Shown: positions 36,135 to 45,239 of the stretch, in pieces
Position numbering within the stretch: position 1 is the stretch's first letter
Layout: every line of letters begins with the position of its first letter
Assembly (NCBI GenBank): GCA_048939245.1
Contig: JBHLPR010000006.1
Span: 12,504 to 68,925, forward strand
Reading direction: 5' to 3'
DNA length: 56,422 bases
Source of the DNA: Promethearchaeota archaeon
GTDB lineage: Archaea; Asgardarchaeota; Hermodarchaeia; Hermodarchaeales; Hermodarchaeaceae
Translations under genes and position numbers: made by a program
The notes under the pieces: generated by a model
The model's input: only the letters and a program-made list of their open reading frames with translations
What the model was told of the DNA's origin: nothing
The model's database searches: none

Positions 36135-37646
36135 ATGTCAAACGACCACCCTTCAAATATGGAGCTCTTCCGAAAAATTAGTGGCTGGTTCAAGCGAAGG
36201 GATTGGCTGTTCTGGCTTATGTTTATACCAATCATATGTTTGAAATTGGCGATTTTTCATTTCGGGGCTTCACAATATCTCATCTTTGGGCGTCATTCTT
36301 CATTTGGCATGAGTTTTGAGGTAGTCGAATCGTTTTCAGATTTTAGTTATTATTACATGAACTTTGTCCGCGCTTTTGTCCAAGGAAATCTGCCTTATAC
36401 TGAAGCCCTCTATATGATTGAAGGCGTTCAGACCTATATCTACACGCCGTTATTCGTGTATATTTTGGGGGTCTTCTATTTTGTTCCTTCTGAGCTTCTT
36501 TTCCCTGACATCCAAATGACAGCGCTTCTTCTTTCTCGTGATCTGGATTTTCTCCGCGTGGGGTTTGCCTTCATTGTCTTCGATTTAGCCACCTGTGCTG
36601 TGATGTATGCTGCTGCACGGAAACTCACTGAAAACCAATTTATTCCTGTGGTCGTCTTACTCCTGTTTGCCCTTAATCCCATATCCTTGTGGTGGGGAAA
36701 CTATCTGTGGTTGAGCACGCCAATTCATACTTTCTTCTTAGTCTTAGGCTTCTTTTTCATAATTCAAAGCAACTTTCGCTGGGCGATTGTATGGGTTACT
36801 GTGGCTGCGATGGCAAAACAAACAGGTGCGCTACTTATTCCATTGATCTGGTTCCTGGAATATCGACAGGGCATAAAGCAACTACTCATTTCGGTGGGAA
36901 TAACAGCAATTATCGGAATTATTTTCTCGATGCCTTATTTGATTCTCTTTCCAACAACCTATTTTGGTGCTATTACACGGGGTATGGGTCCTTACTGGTT
37001 CTACGAACTGCCTCCAAATCCAACGTATCCGGTCCCAGTGTCGGTCTTAGCGTTTTTTTGGCCTGAACCCTTCAAATTCATCGTCTTAACTTTAGTTTAT
37101 TATGCCGTTCCCTGGATAATCGGATTGACTTTCTTTTGGTTCATTTCTTATTATATTCCCAAACATCCTCCATCAGCATATCTGGAGCCCCTCTTACTGG
37201 TTGCGCTTCTCCTTTCCTTATCTGCTCATATCTTCATGCCTCGAGGTATTTACAAATTCTATCTCATTGCATTGCTTCCCTTTCTCATTCTTTTTGGGGT
37301 TATCATTCGAGGTCCTATCGTTCCAGTTCAAGGCATGCGGTGTCCAATTCAATCTCATGGAGCCAGTTTTATGGCGAAATTTCCCTCCTGGATTCTTGAA
37401 CGTATTCACCAATTTCAAGAGAATAGTTTACGCCTGGTCAATAATCTCTCCACTTTGTGGTTTGTCCTCGTTGGACTAATTAGTCTTGGAATTTTCTCGG
37501 TTTATCGTTATTTTACTCATGTTATCTTGTTAGGACTTTTTGTTATGCTTCTTTTTTATGGTTCATATCGTTATGTTTGGAAACGAAAAATGAGCAATAA
37601 GAACGCAGCCACGAGCTGGGACGATTCCGATGTGGATACTGGTTAA
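36135..37646 (+). CDS. GT-C fold membrane glycosyltransferase (GT87/PIG-M-like)
   Basis: Multi-TM. SDF..Y, GNLPY, TYIYTPL, FDL, LNP and AKQ motifs. Confidence 0.75.
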   Translation: MSNDHPSNMELFRKISGWFKRRDWLFWLMFIPIICLKLAIFHFGASQYLIFGRHSSFGMSFEVVESFSDFSYYYMNFVRAFVQGNLPYTEALYMIEGVQTYIYTPLFVYILGVFYFVPSELLFPDIQMTALLLSRDLDFLRVGFAFIVFDLATCAVMYAAARKLTENQFIPVVVLLLFALNPISLWWGNYLWLSTPIHTFFLVLGFFFIIQSNFRWAIVWVTVAAMAKQTGALLIPLIWFLEYRQGIKQLLISVGITAIIGIIFSMPYLILFPTTYFGAITRGMGPYWFYELPPNPTYPVPVSVLAFFWPEPFKFIVLTLVYYAVPWIIGLTFFWFISYYIPKHPPSAYLEPLLLVALLLSLSAHIFMPRGIYKFYLIALLPFLILFGVIIRGPIVPVQGMRCPIQSHGASFMAKFPSWILERIHQFQENSLRLVNNLSTLWFVLVGLISLGIFSVYRYFTHVILLGLFVMLLFYGSYRYVWKRKMSNKNAATSWDDSDVDTG

Positions 37647-37647
37647 G

Positions 37648-37941
37648 TTAGTCGTTTTCTTGTGGTAGGGCTGCGCCACATCGTGGACAGTAGGTTTCAA
37701 AGGGTTCGAGTAATCGTTTTCCACATTGGGGACAGTAACGGGGGACCTTTTGTGGTGGGTGGGCGCGTGAGGGTGGAGGTGCTTTGTTATTTTGGAGTCC
37801 CCAGTAGAATAGGGGAGGGAGAAAGAGGAAAATGAGTAGGGGAAAACCGGGGATGATGAAAAAGAGAACTACCATGAGTATGGTGAGAATTATACTGATG
37901 ATGCTGATGATTGTTAGGCGTTTCATTGTTGGCTCCTCCAT
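37648..37941 (-). CDS. Small membrane protein with C-terminal zinc ribbon
   Basis: Two hydrophobic segments, then YCPQCG...YCPRCG. Confidence 0.8.
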   Translation of the reverse strand: MEEPTMKRLTIISIISIILTILMVVLFFIIPGFPLLIFLFLPPLFYWGLQNNKAPPPSRAHPPQKVPRYCPQCGKRLLEPFETYCPRCGAALPQEND

Positions 37942-37959
37942 TAGATCATTGTCTTTGGT

Positions 37960-38421
37960 TTATAGTTGTTCAGGCAGATTGTCAACCTGTTCTGAGATGC
38001 GGTTGATGATATATTGGGTTTTTCGTATAGCGATTTTGGCCCCGAAATCAGCATAATGGATTTCATCCCGGCTGAGCGGGGTTTTTCGCTTGCTTTTCAT
38101 TTTAACCTTTATATCTTCCAAGTAGTGGAGAGTTTCTCGAATGCCACTTAATGCCTCTGTTGAGGCTCCAATGACCAACTGGGCAAGTTGTTTTGCGGGA
38201 GGGATTCCCGTAACTGAGGAAAGCTGGTCACGAACCTGCACAAAATAGGTTTTCACTTCTGCTAGTATTGTCCGAAGGCTTTCTGCTGCTTCTAGCACAG
38301 GTATGAGTTGATCACGGGTTATAATTTTCTCGATGTTCGAAACTTCCGTTTCAAACTGATCAAGCACAATTTCCAATTGATCCTGCAAGTGAAGAGCTTG
38401 GTCATGACTCATGGTTAGCAC
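37960..38421 (-). CDS. Hypothetical alpha-helical protein
   Basis: 153-aa ORF tightly packed between co-oriented genes; amphipathic helices. Confidence 0.7.
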   Translation of the reverse strand: MLTMSHDQALHLQDQLEIVLDQFETEVSNIEKIITRDQLIPVLEAAESLRTILAEVKTYFVQVRDQLSSVTGIPPAKQLAQLVIGASTEALSGIRETLHYLEDIKVKMKSKRKTPLSRDEIHYADFGAKIAIRKTQYIINRISEQVDNLPEQL

Positions 38422-38427
38422 TAGGTA

Positions 38428-40458
38428 TTACGTGGACTTAACCTTCTCTATCTTGATGAGGTCCTGTTCCTTAAGGAGGGTAATGAATCGGTCGACAGTG
38501 TCGATGTTGGCTACTTCGCCAAATTGTGCCTCGAGGGCTGTGAGAATTTCGTAGAGGCTGCGATGACCATCCATGAAGTTGGTCAGTTCTAGGAGTACTT
38601 CGACAAAGAAGGGTTGGTTCTTTTGTTGGGTGCGGAGCCATTCGGTTTCCTCTGGTTTCGTGTGGCGTAGTAATTCTGTGAAATGAAGGGGGCCTTTGAA
38701 TTTGCGACGTGGATACAATTTCTTCGCTTCGCGCTCTTTTTTGCGAAGCACTAATCGCTTTAGGGGGGCATACCCAATTGAGCGCGAAAGTAAGTCTTCA
38801 ACTTGGCGAAGTTTTCGGACCTCTTCTTGTCGTTCTTCGACTAAATCTTCGAGCAATAAATCGATGAAGTTGTGCAATTCGGAATCGTGTGGGCTGAGGA
38901 CTTTGACACTTTGGAGTGCTACGCTCTCTCGTTGTGTAATTTGTCGAATACTCTCCATGGCTTTTCGGAGTATCCGTGCCAGCAATGCGCCTCGTTCTTC
39001 TTTAGCAATTGCCTCGATCGCCTCATGCACGTAATGCTGGGTTGTTTGTGTTATTCTAGTATGCGCATTGGCATGGACCTGTGTGGCAAGGAACATCGCA
39101 TCATCGGATTCAGCGTACGCTTGAGTAAGCACACTCATCAGAACTGCATAGCCCACCCGTTGGAGCTGTGTGGTGTCGATTTTGTCAAGGGTGTCTAGAT
39201 TGCTGTGATAAAATGCATCTGGCCAATGGTTCAACATGGGGCAGGGCACATTGAAGGTGGGATCGATGAATACCGTATGGTCACTCCGCCAGTCATATTT
39301 TTTGACTTCAAAATGGAAGGGATGGTTGGTCCCATCGGGTGAGATAAGCTGGGGCTCTTTTGCTGCCTCTAATAGATGGTATTCAAGTAAGTCATTGGTG
39401 AAACTGGGAAGGGAGTCTGGTGTCCGATGTAGATTCAGCTGGCCTCCTACTATGGAGGGGTTGGCTCCGACCATATCGCAGTTAATGGCACTGATTGTAC
39501 GGGGTGCTAGTTCTGGGTGCGCATTGAGGTAAGCGATTGTCCCATAGAATTCTGGAACCCACAAGAAACGGATGGTTCGAAGGGGGGCAGGGAGTTTTCC
39601 TTCTTTGATCAGGGTAGTGGTTACCCGAGCTAATTCCATGAGTAATGCGGCGCCACTAGCATTATCGTTGGCACAAGGACGCGGGTGACAGAGATGTGCA
39701 ATAAGTAAGGTTTCTTCTCGTAAGAATTCAGTCCCTTCAATCACTGCGGTCAGAACACGTTGCTCGCCGTTAAAAAGTTCTGCGTCGATTTTAGCATGAA
39801 CTAAAACTTCAGGTTCTGTTTCAATAAGGTGGCGAAGCCGGGTACCCACCTGACCTGAAACGGAAAATGCAAATCCGACTTTGTTTTTTTCCTCTTTAGT
39901 TGGCCAAATACCGAGATAGGAGACGAGGTTAGGGTGTTTGGAGCGACGTTCTAGGGGTGGGAAATGAATTGTGCCTAAGGCTCCTCGTTTGTAGACGGCT
40001 TCCTGTTGGACTTGTTGAGCTGGATCCGAAGTGAGGACGATTTTCCCTTTCACATCTATTCGTCGATAACTTCTCGGTGATGCTCCATTCTCGATGTAGA
40101 TGAGTGGTGCAACGATATCAGCAGATTGGCTATGAGCTACAACACTTACGGGGGTTTCTGCAAATCGTGCCAGGAGTTGCTGTTCTGGGCTCACAAGGTG
40201 CAGTTCACCATTAGCCACCCGCCATCCTAGGGGTGCGGTCCATTGCCCGATTTTTGTTTTGCCATCAGCTGGATACACTTCCACTTCGGTCCGTATTCCT
40301 GGGAATTTGTCTACGACTTCTTTTACATAATAAATGGCATCATGAAACCCAGGTGAGGCTTGGATACGATGAAACCGAATGATTTCAGAAACATAGTCTT
40401 TGGCAATGGTTCCTGATAATTCCTCTAAGATTATTTGACGAAATTTTGTATGAAACAC
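38428..40458 (-). CDS. M28-family aminopeptidase-like protein (DUF4910 type) with PA domain and C-terminal winged-helix-like region
   Basis: HRIQASPG, AHLCH, ANDNASG, PEFYG, DMVG, SDH and YHSNLD motifs. Confidence 0.88.
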   Translation of the reverse strand: MFHTKFRQIILEELSGTIAKDYVSEIIRFHRIQASPGFHDAIYYVKEVVDKFPGIRTEVEVYPADGKTKIGQWTAPLGWRVANGELHLVSPEQQLLARFAETPVSVVAHSQSADIVAPLIYIENGASPRSYRRIDVKGKIVLTSDPAQQVQQEAVYKRGALGTIHFPPLERRSKHPNLVSYLGIWPTKEEKNKVGFAFSVSGQVGTRLRHLIETEPEVLVHAKIDAELFNGEQRVLTAVIEGTEFLREETLLIAHLCHPRPCANDNASGAALLMELARVTTTLIKEGKLPAPLRTIRFLWVPEFYGTIAYLNAHPELAPRTISAINCDMVGANPSIVGGQLNLHRTPDSLPSFTNDLLEYHLLEAAKEPQLISPDGTNHPFHFEVKKYDWRSDHTVFIDPTFNVPCPMLNHWPDAFYHSNLDTLDKIDTTQLQRVGYAVLMSVLTQAYAESDDAMFLATQVHANAHTRITQTTQHYVHEAIEAIAKEERGALLARILRKAMESIRQITQRESVALQSVKVLSPHDSELHNFIDLLLEDLVEERQEEVRKLRQVEDLLSRSIGYAPLKRLVLRKKEREAKKLYPRRKFKGPLHFTELLRHTKPEETEWLRTQQKNQPFFVEVLLELTNFMDGHRSLYEILTALEAQFGEVANIDTVDRFITLLKEQDLIKIEKVKST

Positions 40459-40668
40459 GGGGCAAGGTCCTCCAATTGACGGACTGTTCGTTAACCCTAC
40501 AAAAACCTAGCCTTTTCGTATTAGGAAAGCTTCTCCCGTGATCCAATTTGGGGCAGTATGGTTGGAAGCTATTCTCTATGAACCTAAATAATCCGCAATT
40601 GCGTTTTGAAAAGGTTTGGAAGGGACACCATCTTTAAAAGTTATTGAGATAATGAAAACACCAAGAAG

Positions 40669-41634
40669 GTGAGGGTACTGTCCGTCCGCCTACAAGTCTT
40701 TGATGTCGTTGAAACCGGGGAACTCATGGAGCTCACAGTTCAAGGAGAACTCAAAACTGAACTGAATACAGAGCGAGTCTTAATCATTGTTGATGACGAC
40801 GACAAGAAAATCTGGCTTTGGAAGGGCGCTGAAGCCGGAGTGCGCAAGAAATTTATTGCCGCTCGACAAGGACAGGCGGTTCGTAGTCAACGTGGATTAG
40901 TTTATAAAGTCATGTCCATTGATGGCGGCGAAGAACCCGATGCATTTCTAGCCCTACTAGGCGAAAAACCCAAACCTGCTGAGCTTAAAAAAGAAGTCGC
41001 TGTACAGGTTGAATTACCTGACAAAACGATTGAAATCAGCCCTGACGCACCACCTCCCAAACACAAACCGAAGCCAGTTAAAGTGAAATCCGTCGAAGCA
41101 CCGAAACCTATGCCTGCTGCTATGCCAGTAGCGTCGACTCAGCTTGGAACCGAGTATAATGGTGCTGAACAACAATGGCCTCAACGACCTACAATGATGA
41201 GTAGTGTTCCTGCTCCAGCTCAAGATGATATTGTTGGACGGGTGGCAAATACTAGCCCTCCTCCAGGATATATACGTGAACTGGTTATTATTGGGCAAGA
41301 AGTGTTTACCAGTGTCGATCGTACTGTGACATTTTTGGGTAAAACCCAAACTACCTCCCAACTCGAACGAACTCGAACACTCCCCGATGGTCCATTCTTT
41401 GGAGGCGAGTATACTCCCCGAATTCTTGTTGAAAGTGGTCGAGTATTAGCTACCGAGTTTCTTAAGAAAAGCGACGAAAACTCTCACGGTCTTCGGGAAG
41501 CTGTTGCCGATGCTGATGTCAGCGAATTAATTGACATTTTTCGAATCACTACTGAAACAGCAGATATCGAATCGGATAATAAAGCTGAGAGAAAGAAAGG
41601 CAAGAAGAAGTCGAAGAAATCAAAGTCAAAGTAA
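40669..41634 (+). CDS. Gelsolin-like domain protein with Pro/Lys linker, a second uncharacterised domain and a basic tail
   Basis: VLIIVD...IWLWKG....RKKFIA......IDGGEEPDAFLALL matches the gelsolin repeat consensus (WxG...G.E...F). Start codon uncertain. Confidence 0.82.
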   Translation: MRVLSVRLQVFDVVETGELMELTVQGELKTELNTERVLIIVDDDDKKIWLWKGAEAGVRKKFIAARQGQAVRSQRGLVYKVMSIDGGEEPDAFLALLGEKPKPAELKKEVAVQVELPDKTIEISPDAPPPKHKPKPVKVKSVEAPKPMPAAMPVASTQLGTEYNGAEQQWPQRPTMMSSVPAPAQDDIVGRVANTSPPPGYIRELVIIGQEVFTSVDRTVTFLGKTQTTSQLERTRTLPDGPFFGGEYTPRILVESGRVLATEFLKKSDENSHGLREAVADADVSELIDIFRITTETADIESDNKAERKKGKKKSKKSKSK

Positions 41635-41761
41635 CGGGTTCAGACTTTTTCACTTGCATGGTACTACTATATTTTTTGGGGGCTGCATTTTTTGAAGTGC
41701 AAACCAACCTATTGCAAAAGTAATAAAGGGTGCAATTTGTAGCTGTCACATCTAATACTTC

Positions 41762-43072
41762 ATGGTGAGGCGTCGAATGTCTCGAAAATGTAGCAGATGT
41801 GGAGCAACATTGAAACAAACAGCCAAATTCTGTACCGTGTGTGGTACTCCTGTTGCTGGAGCTCAAACTAGCCCTCAGGAACAAGCTCCAATTGTCGCTC
41901 TCAAATGTCCGAATTGTGGAACGACCCTTAAGGAAGGTATCAAGTTCTGTACGAAATGTGGCTCTAAAGTTCAACCCCCAGATACAGCACCATTGGCTCT
42001 CGGGTCCGTTTTGTGTCCTCATTGTGGTTTTACCAAGAACCCCGAATCATCGAATTATTGTATTAATTGTGGACAAGAGCTATCTACAATATCTCCCTCA
42101 CAACCTGAAATCAAATCCGCGGTGCCAACCCCTTCGGAACCTTCTCCGGGTATAACTTGTCCTTCCTGTGGACGTAAGGCAAAACTAGGTTCTAAATTCT
42201 GTATCTTTTGTGGTGGTACTCTTCCAAGTAGCGCTAAATCTACTGAAGCATCCGAAGTAGTTGAAAGTCCCACTGCTCTGACTCCAACGCCTGAACCTGA
42301 TGTGACTCCGATTTCAGTTCCTGCAAAGGTTCTCGCTAGTTTGATGGCTCGTGGACGCCAGCTAGTCCTTGAAGAAGAATACGCTAAAAATGGCGCTAAA
42401 TCAGACGAACTATTCGCGGAACTGAGTCAAGCTGCAGGGGAAAGTGACTTTGAAGTGGAAGCGCTCATTGATACCTACATCAATGAACGGGGAGAACTAG
42501 AACGCCTCGAAGCTCTCCACGAAAAGCGAGAAGTCAGCGAACGCGTCTACGAACGTTTAATGAAAGAATATGAAGAGAAATTAGATCGCATGGATGAACA
42601 AATTAAAGATGGGAAACTCCAACTGCAGGGCTACTTGGCACAAATTCAACTCGATCTCACTACGGCTAAAGAGGAATTAGAAACTCTTAATGCCCGTCTT
42701 CTCATCGGTGATGAGGAAGCTACGGATGAAGGTATGAAAGAAAAGCTCTCTCAAAAGGTTGATCGCCTCAATTATGCTATTCTTGCTTGTAATCATATTC
42801 TGCAAAAAGAATCGGCGATGCGAAATGGTCCGATCACCCGGTTTGCAGTCACAGAGACGACGGTTGTAGATTCTAAAGTCGTTTCCTCTGAATCTACAGA
42901 TGCTGAACGCGTTGAAGATGAAGAGACAAAGGAAAAGGTGAAACCCGAAACTGACTCTTCGGCTACTCCGCGACCTGGCTCAGATGCGGAAGCTGGAAAA
43001 ATCTGTCCCCTTTGTGGTCGAGTGACAGCATCAGATGCAAAGTTTTGTGTTCATTGTGGTGGTCCGCTCTAA
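41762..43072 (+). CDS. Multi-zinc-ribbon protein with CdvA-like coiled-coil region
   Basis: Four N-terminal and one C-terminal CxxC-x(10-11)-CxxC ribbons. LEALHEKREVSERVYERLMKEYE and ELETLNARLLIGD resemble CdvA helical repeats. Confidence 0.75.
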   Translation: MVRRRMSRKCSRCGATLKQTAKFCTVCGTPVAGAQTSPQEQAPIVALKCPNCGTTLKEGIKFCTKCGSKVQPPDTAPLALGSVLCPHCGFTKNPESSNYCINCGQELSTISPSQPEIKSAVPTPSEPSPGITCPSCGRKAKLGSKFCIFCGGTLPSSAKSTEASEVVESPTALTPTPEPDVTPISVPAKVLASLMARGRQLVLEEEYAKNGAKSDELFAELSQAAGESDFEVEALIDTYINERGELERLEALHEKREVSERVYERLMKEYEEKLDRMDEQIKDGKLQLQGYLAQIQLDLTTAKEELETLNARLLIGDEEATDEGMKEKLSQKVDRLNYAILACNHILQKESAMRNGPITRFAVTETTVVDSKVVSSESTDAERVEDEETKEKVKPETDSSATPRPGSDAEAGKICPLCGRVTASDAKFCVHCGGPL

Positions 43073-43082
43073 CCAACCTCAA

Positions 43083-43673
43083 TTACTTCGGTGAGGTATC
43101 AAAGGCATCAAGTTCCGCAAAGAATGCATCAGTCATTTTTGCTCGATATTCGAATCCACCCAAACCTGAGGCAAGCATCAGAGGACGAACTTTTTGAAGA
43201 AGCTCTTCACGGGAACGCAGTTGGACATCAGAGATTTCTTTGATATCCTTGGCGCCAAGCTTCCCTCCCACCACATGCGCTAGAAATACATAGGAGACCC
43301 AGGGAACGGGGGGGTGGTTTCCGCTTTTCAGAAGCACATGGGATTCCAAGACGAAGCGATCAATCTGAATGTCGAAGCCTGTTTCCTCAAGAGATTCGCG
43401 TTGAGCCGCAGCATTCAGACTTTCTGCAGGTTGTGCACCTCCCGAAGGGGCACGGACAATCCCGGTTTTAGCATACGCATACTTTTCGATTACCACAAAT
43501 TTACCACGGTATTGAATGAAAATAGTAACGTCGTGCTGGCGGCCCCGAGTCATTGACTGTTGGACCAATGCAAATTCATCAGGGAGCATCTCCACCTCAA
43601 AATCAACACGTCGCGGAATACCGTATTTCTGGCGTAACGCCATGAGTTCTTTCGCGTAGTCGTCATGGGCCAC
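43083..43673 (-). CDS. NUDIX hydrolase
   Basis: Nudix box variant PSGGAQPAESLNAAAQRESLEETG. Confidence 0.9.
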   Translation of the reverse strand: MAHDDYAKELMALRQKYGIPRRVDFEVEMLPDEFALVQQSMTRGRQHDVTIFIQYRGKFVVIEKYAYAKTGIVRAPSGGAQPAESLNAAAQRESLEETGFDIQIDRFVLESHVLLKSGNHPPVPWVSYVFLAHVVGGKLGAKDIKEISDVQLRSREELLQKVRPLMLASGLGGFEYRAKMTDAFFAELDAFDTSPK

Positions 43674-43771
43674 TCACAAACACCTCATAGAGCACAAAAG
43701 AGACTCCACCTAAAAGGCTGATGGAAAAGCCATCACATTAACACATAATCATAGAGAAAAGTAGTGGGGAA

Positions 43772-43793
43772 GGACGGGCCTGGCAACCCGTCC
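43772..43793 (-). terminator. GC-rich hairpin in the 3' UTR of hsp20 (terminator or stability element)
   Basis: GGACGGG-8 nt-CCCGTCC about 18 nt after the stop, followed by a pyrimidine-rich tract on the minus strand. Confidence 0.45.
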
Positions 43794-43810
43794 GCTCGAC
43801 CTTACGCCGT

Positions 43811-44464
43811 CTATTCGGTCGATTCCCCGGAGGCTTTGGGCTCTTCTTCTGGCTTCTTGGATCTTAGCTGCAGTTCCACAATTCCATTACGGAACTGGAG
43901 TGAGGTAAGTTCTATTGGGATAGGGAGTTCCAATTCTCGGAAAATTCTTCCTTGCACCCAAATCTGTAGGTGCTGTCCATTCACATTAACGTGGACATCA
44001 TGTTCGTTTGTGGCCGGCGTATCAAAAATCGCTGTGTAGCCATCTTCGGTATCGATAACATCGATTAGATATGAATCAACATCAAGTTTGGTCCTCGGGC
44101 GAAGTTCTGGGAAGGGTCGATCTGGAGTAAAGGGTTCAGGTATGGGTGAAGGACGTCGTTCCTGCGGTTGGGGTGGAAATTGGAACGGAAGACCTTGACT
44201 TCGCATTTGTTCTTCGAATTCTCGGCGAGCTCCAGGAGGAAGATTACTCCATTCCTGGGTATGCATTTTACCGTCGGGGTCCATATAGGTGGTGCGGCCG
44301 TAGACAAAGGGTCCAAAGCGCTTGGTGGTAACGCCATCACGGTCCCCTAACTGGGGATTCTGAGTAGGATCTGGTTGCTGCAGCGCACCAAACATGCGGC
44401 GGAAGGCCTGCATTTGGCGTTTAAAGAATTCATCAAATTCATCATTATCAGTAAAGAAGCTCAT
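43811..44464 (-). CDS. hsp20: Archaeal small heat-shock protein (Hsp20/alpha-crystallin)
   Basis: DEFDEFF N-terminus, GPFVYG, LIDVID and FRNGIVEL motifs. GGAGG RBS upstream. Confidence 0.88.
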   Translation of the reverse strand: MSFFTDNDEFDEFFKRQMQAFRRMFGALQQPDPTQNPQLGDRDGVTTKRFGPFVYGRTTYMDPDGKMHTQEWSNLPPGARREFEEQMRSQGLPFQFPPQPQERRPSPIPEPFTPDRPFPELRPRTKLDVDSYLIDVIDTEDGYTAIFDTPATNEHDVHVNVNGQHLQIWVQGRIFRELELPIPIELTSLQFRNGIVELQLRSKKPEEEPKASGESTE

Positions 44465-44482
44465 GTCGTGTTACCTCCTTTA

Positions 44483-44607
44483 GTTACTCACTTCAATTTA
44501 CTCACATATTGTGACTAACAAAATGTGTGTAATACTCCTTTTTAAACATTTCCACAGAACCACAAGACTAAATACTCTCAAAATGTCACTAAAATGAAGT
44601 GAGTAAC
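44483..44607. promoter_or_regulatory. Divergent promoter region with two Phr-type operators and an 18-bp inverted repeat
   Basis: 44497-44520 TTTActcACatattGTgActAACA and 44571-44594 AATActcTCaaaatGTcActAAAA resemble the Phr consensus. 44483-44500 and 44590-44607 are inverted copies (17/18). TATA-like tttttaaa at ~44539. Confidence 0.75.
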
Positions 44608-44629
44608 CCCTTATGAAGGAGCAACCCCA

Positions 44630-45166
44630 ATGTCTTCCCGCGATTCCCGTGATGAGTCTATCCACCTTTTTTGGCTTCTTGGTAATCCCACACGGTTCGA
44701 AATTCTTCGACGACTATCGCAAGAACCCATGTTCTTAGGCCAACTCAGCCGCGAACTCGCCGTTCATCAACAAGCAATTCTCCGCCATTTGCAGGAACTC
44801 ATCGAACGGGGATTTCTAGAAACCTATGAAGATGAAAGCATCCGTGGACCACCTCGGAAATACTATCGGCTTGCAAAGACCGTGCGAGTCTCTGTTCAAA
44901 TCACTCCACAAGGGATTAGGATTGTTCGTGTTGTACCAAGTATGCAGCAACCCCGTACAATTGAAGGCGTCATTAAACGCAGCTATCCAGAAATTCACCA
45001 ATTAGTCTCCATGGTTCAGCGTCTTGGGAATATTCCCAATGAATTGGATCGCAAACGCGCTGCTATTGATCTCATTCAGCAGTTAGAAGCTAAAGCCAGC
45101 GAAGCCCAAGATGTCAGCAAGTTTATCGATTCGGTGGTTTCTGAATTGCAGAAAAAATATCTGTAA
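44630..45166 (+). CDS. phr: ArsR-type winged-helix regulator, Phr (archaeal heat-shock repressor)-like
   Basis: LGNPTR..IL..L...P.F..QLSREL.V.QQAILRHL..L...G...RGPPRKYY and a C-terminal helical region. Divergent from hsp20. Confidence 0.8.
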   Translation: MSSRDSRDESIHLFWLLGNPTRFEILRRLSQEPMFLGQLSRELAVHQQAILRHLQELIERGFLETYEDESIRGPPRKYYRLAKTVRVSVQITPQGIRIVRVVPSMQQPRTIEGVIKRSYPEIHQLVSMVQRLGNIPNELDRKRAAIDLIQQLEAKASEAQDVSKFIDSVVSELQKKYL

Positions 45167-45239
45167 ATCTCTTTTTTGGCACCTAATTTATCAAAAAGCA
45201 TTCGTGAAAGTGAAGAGCTAAGCTGTACTCATATTATTT

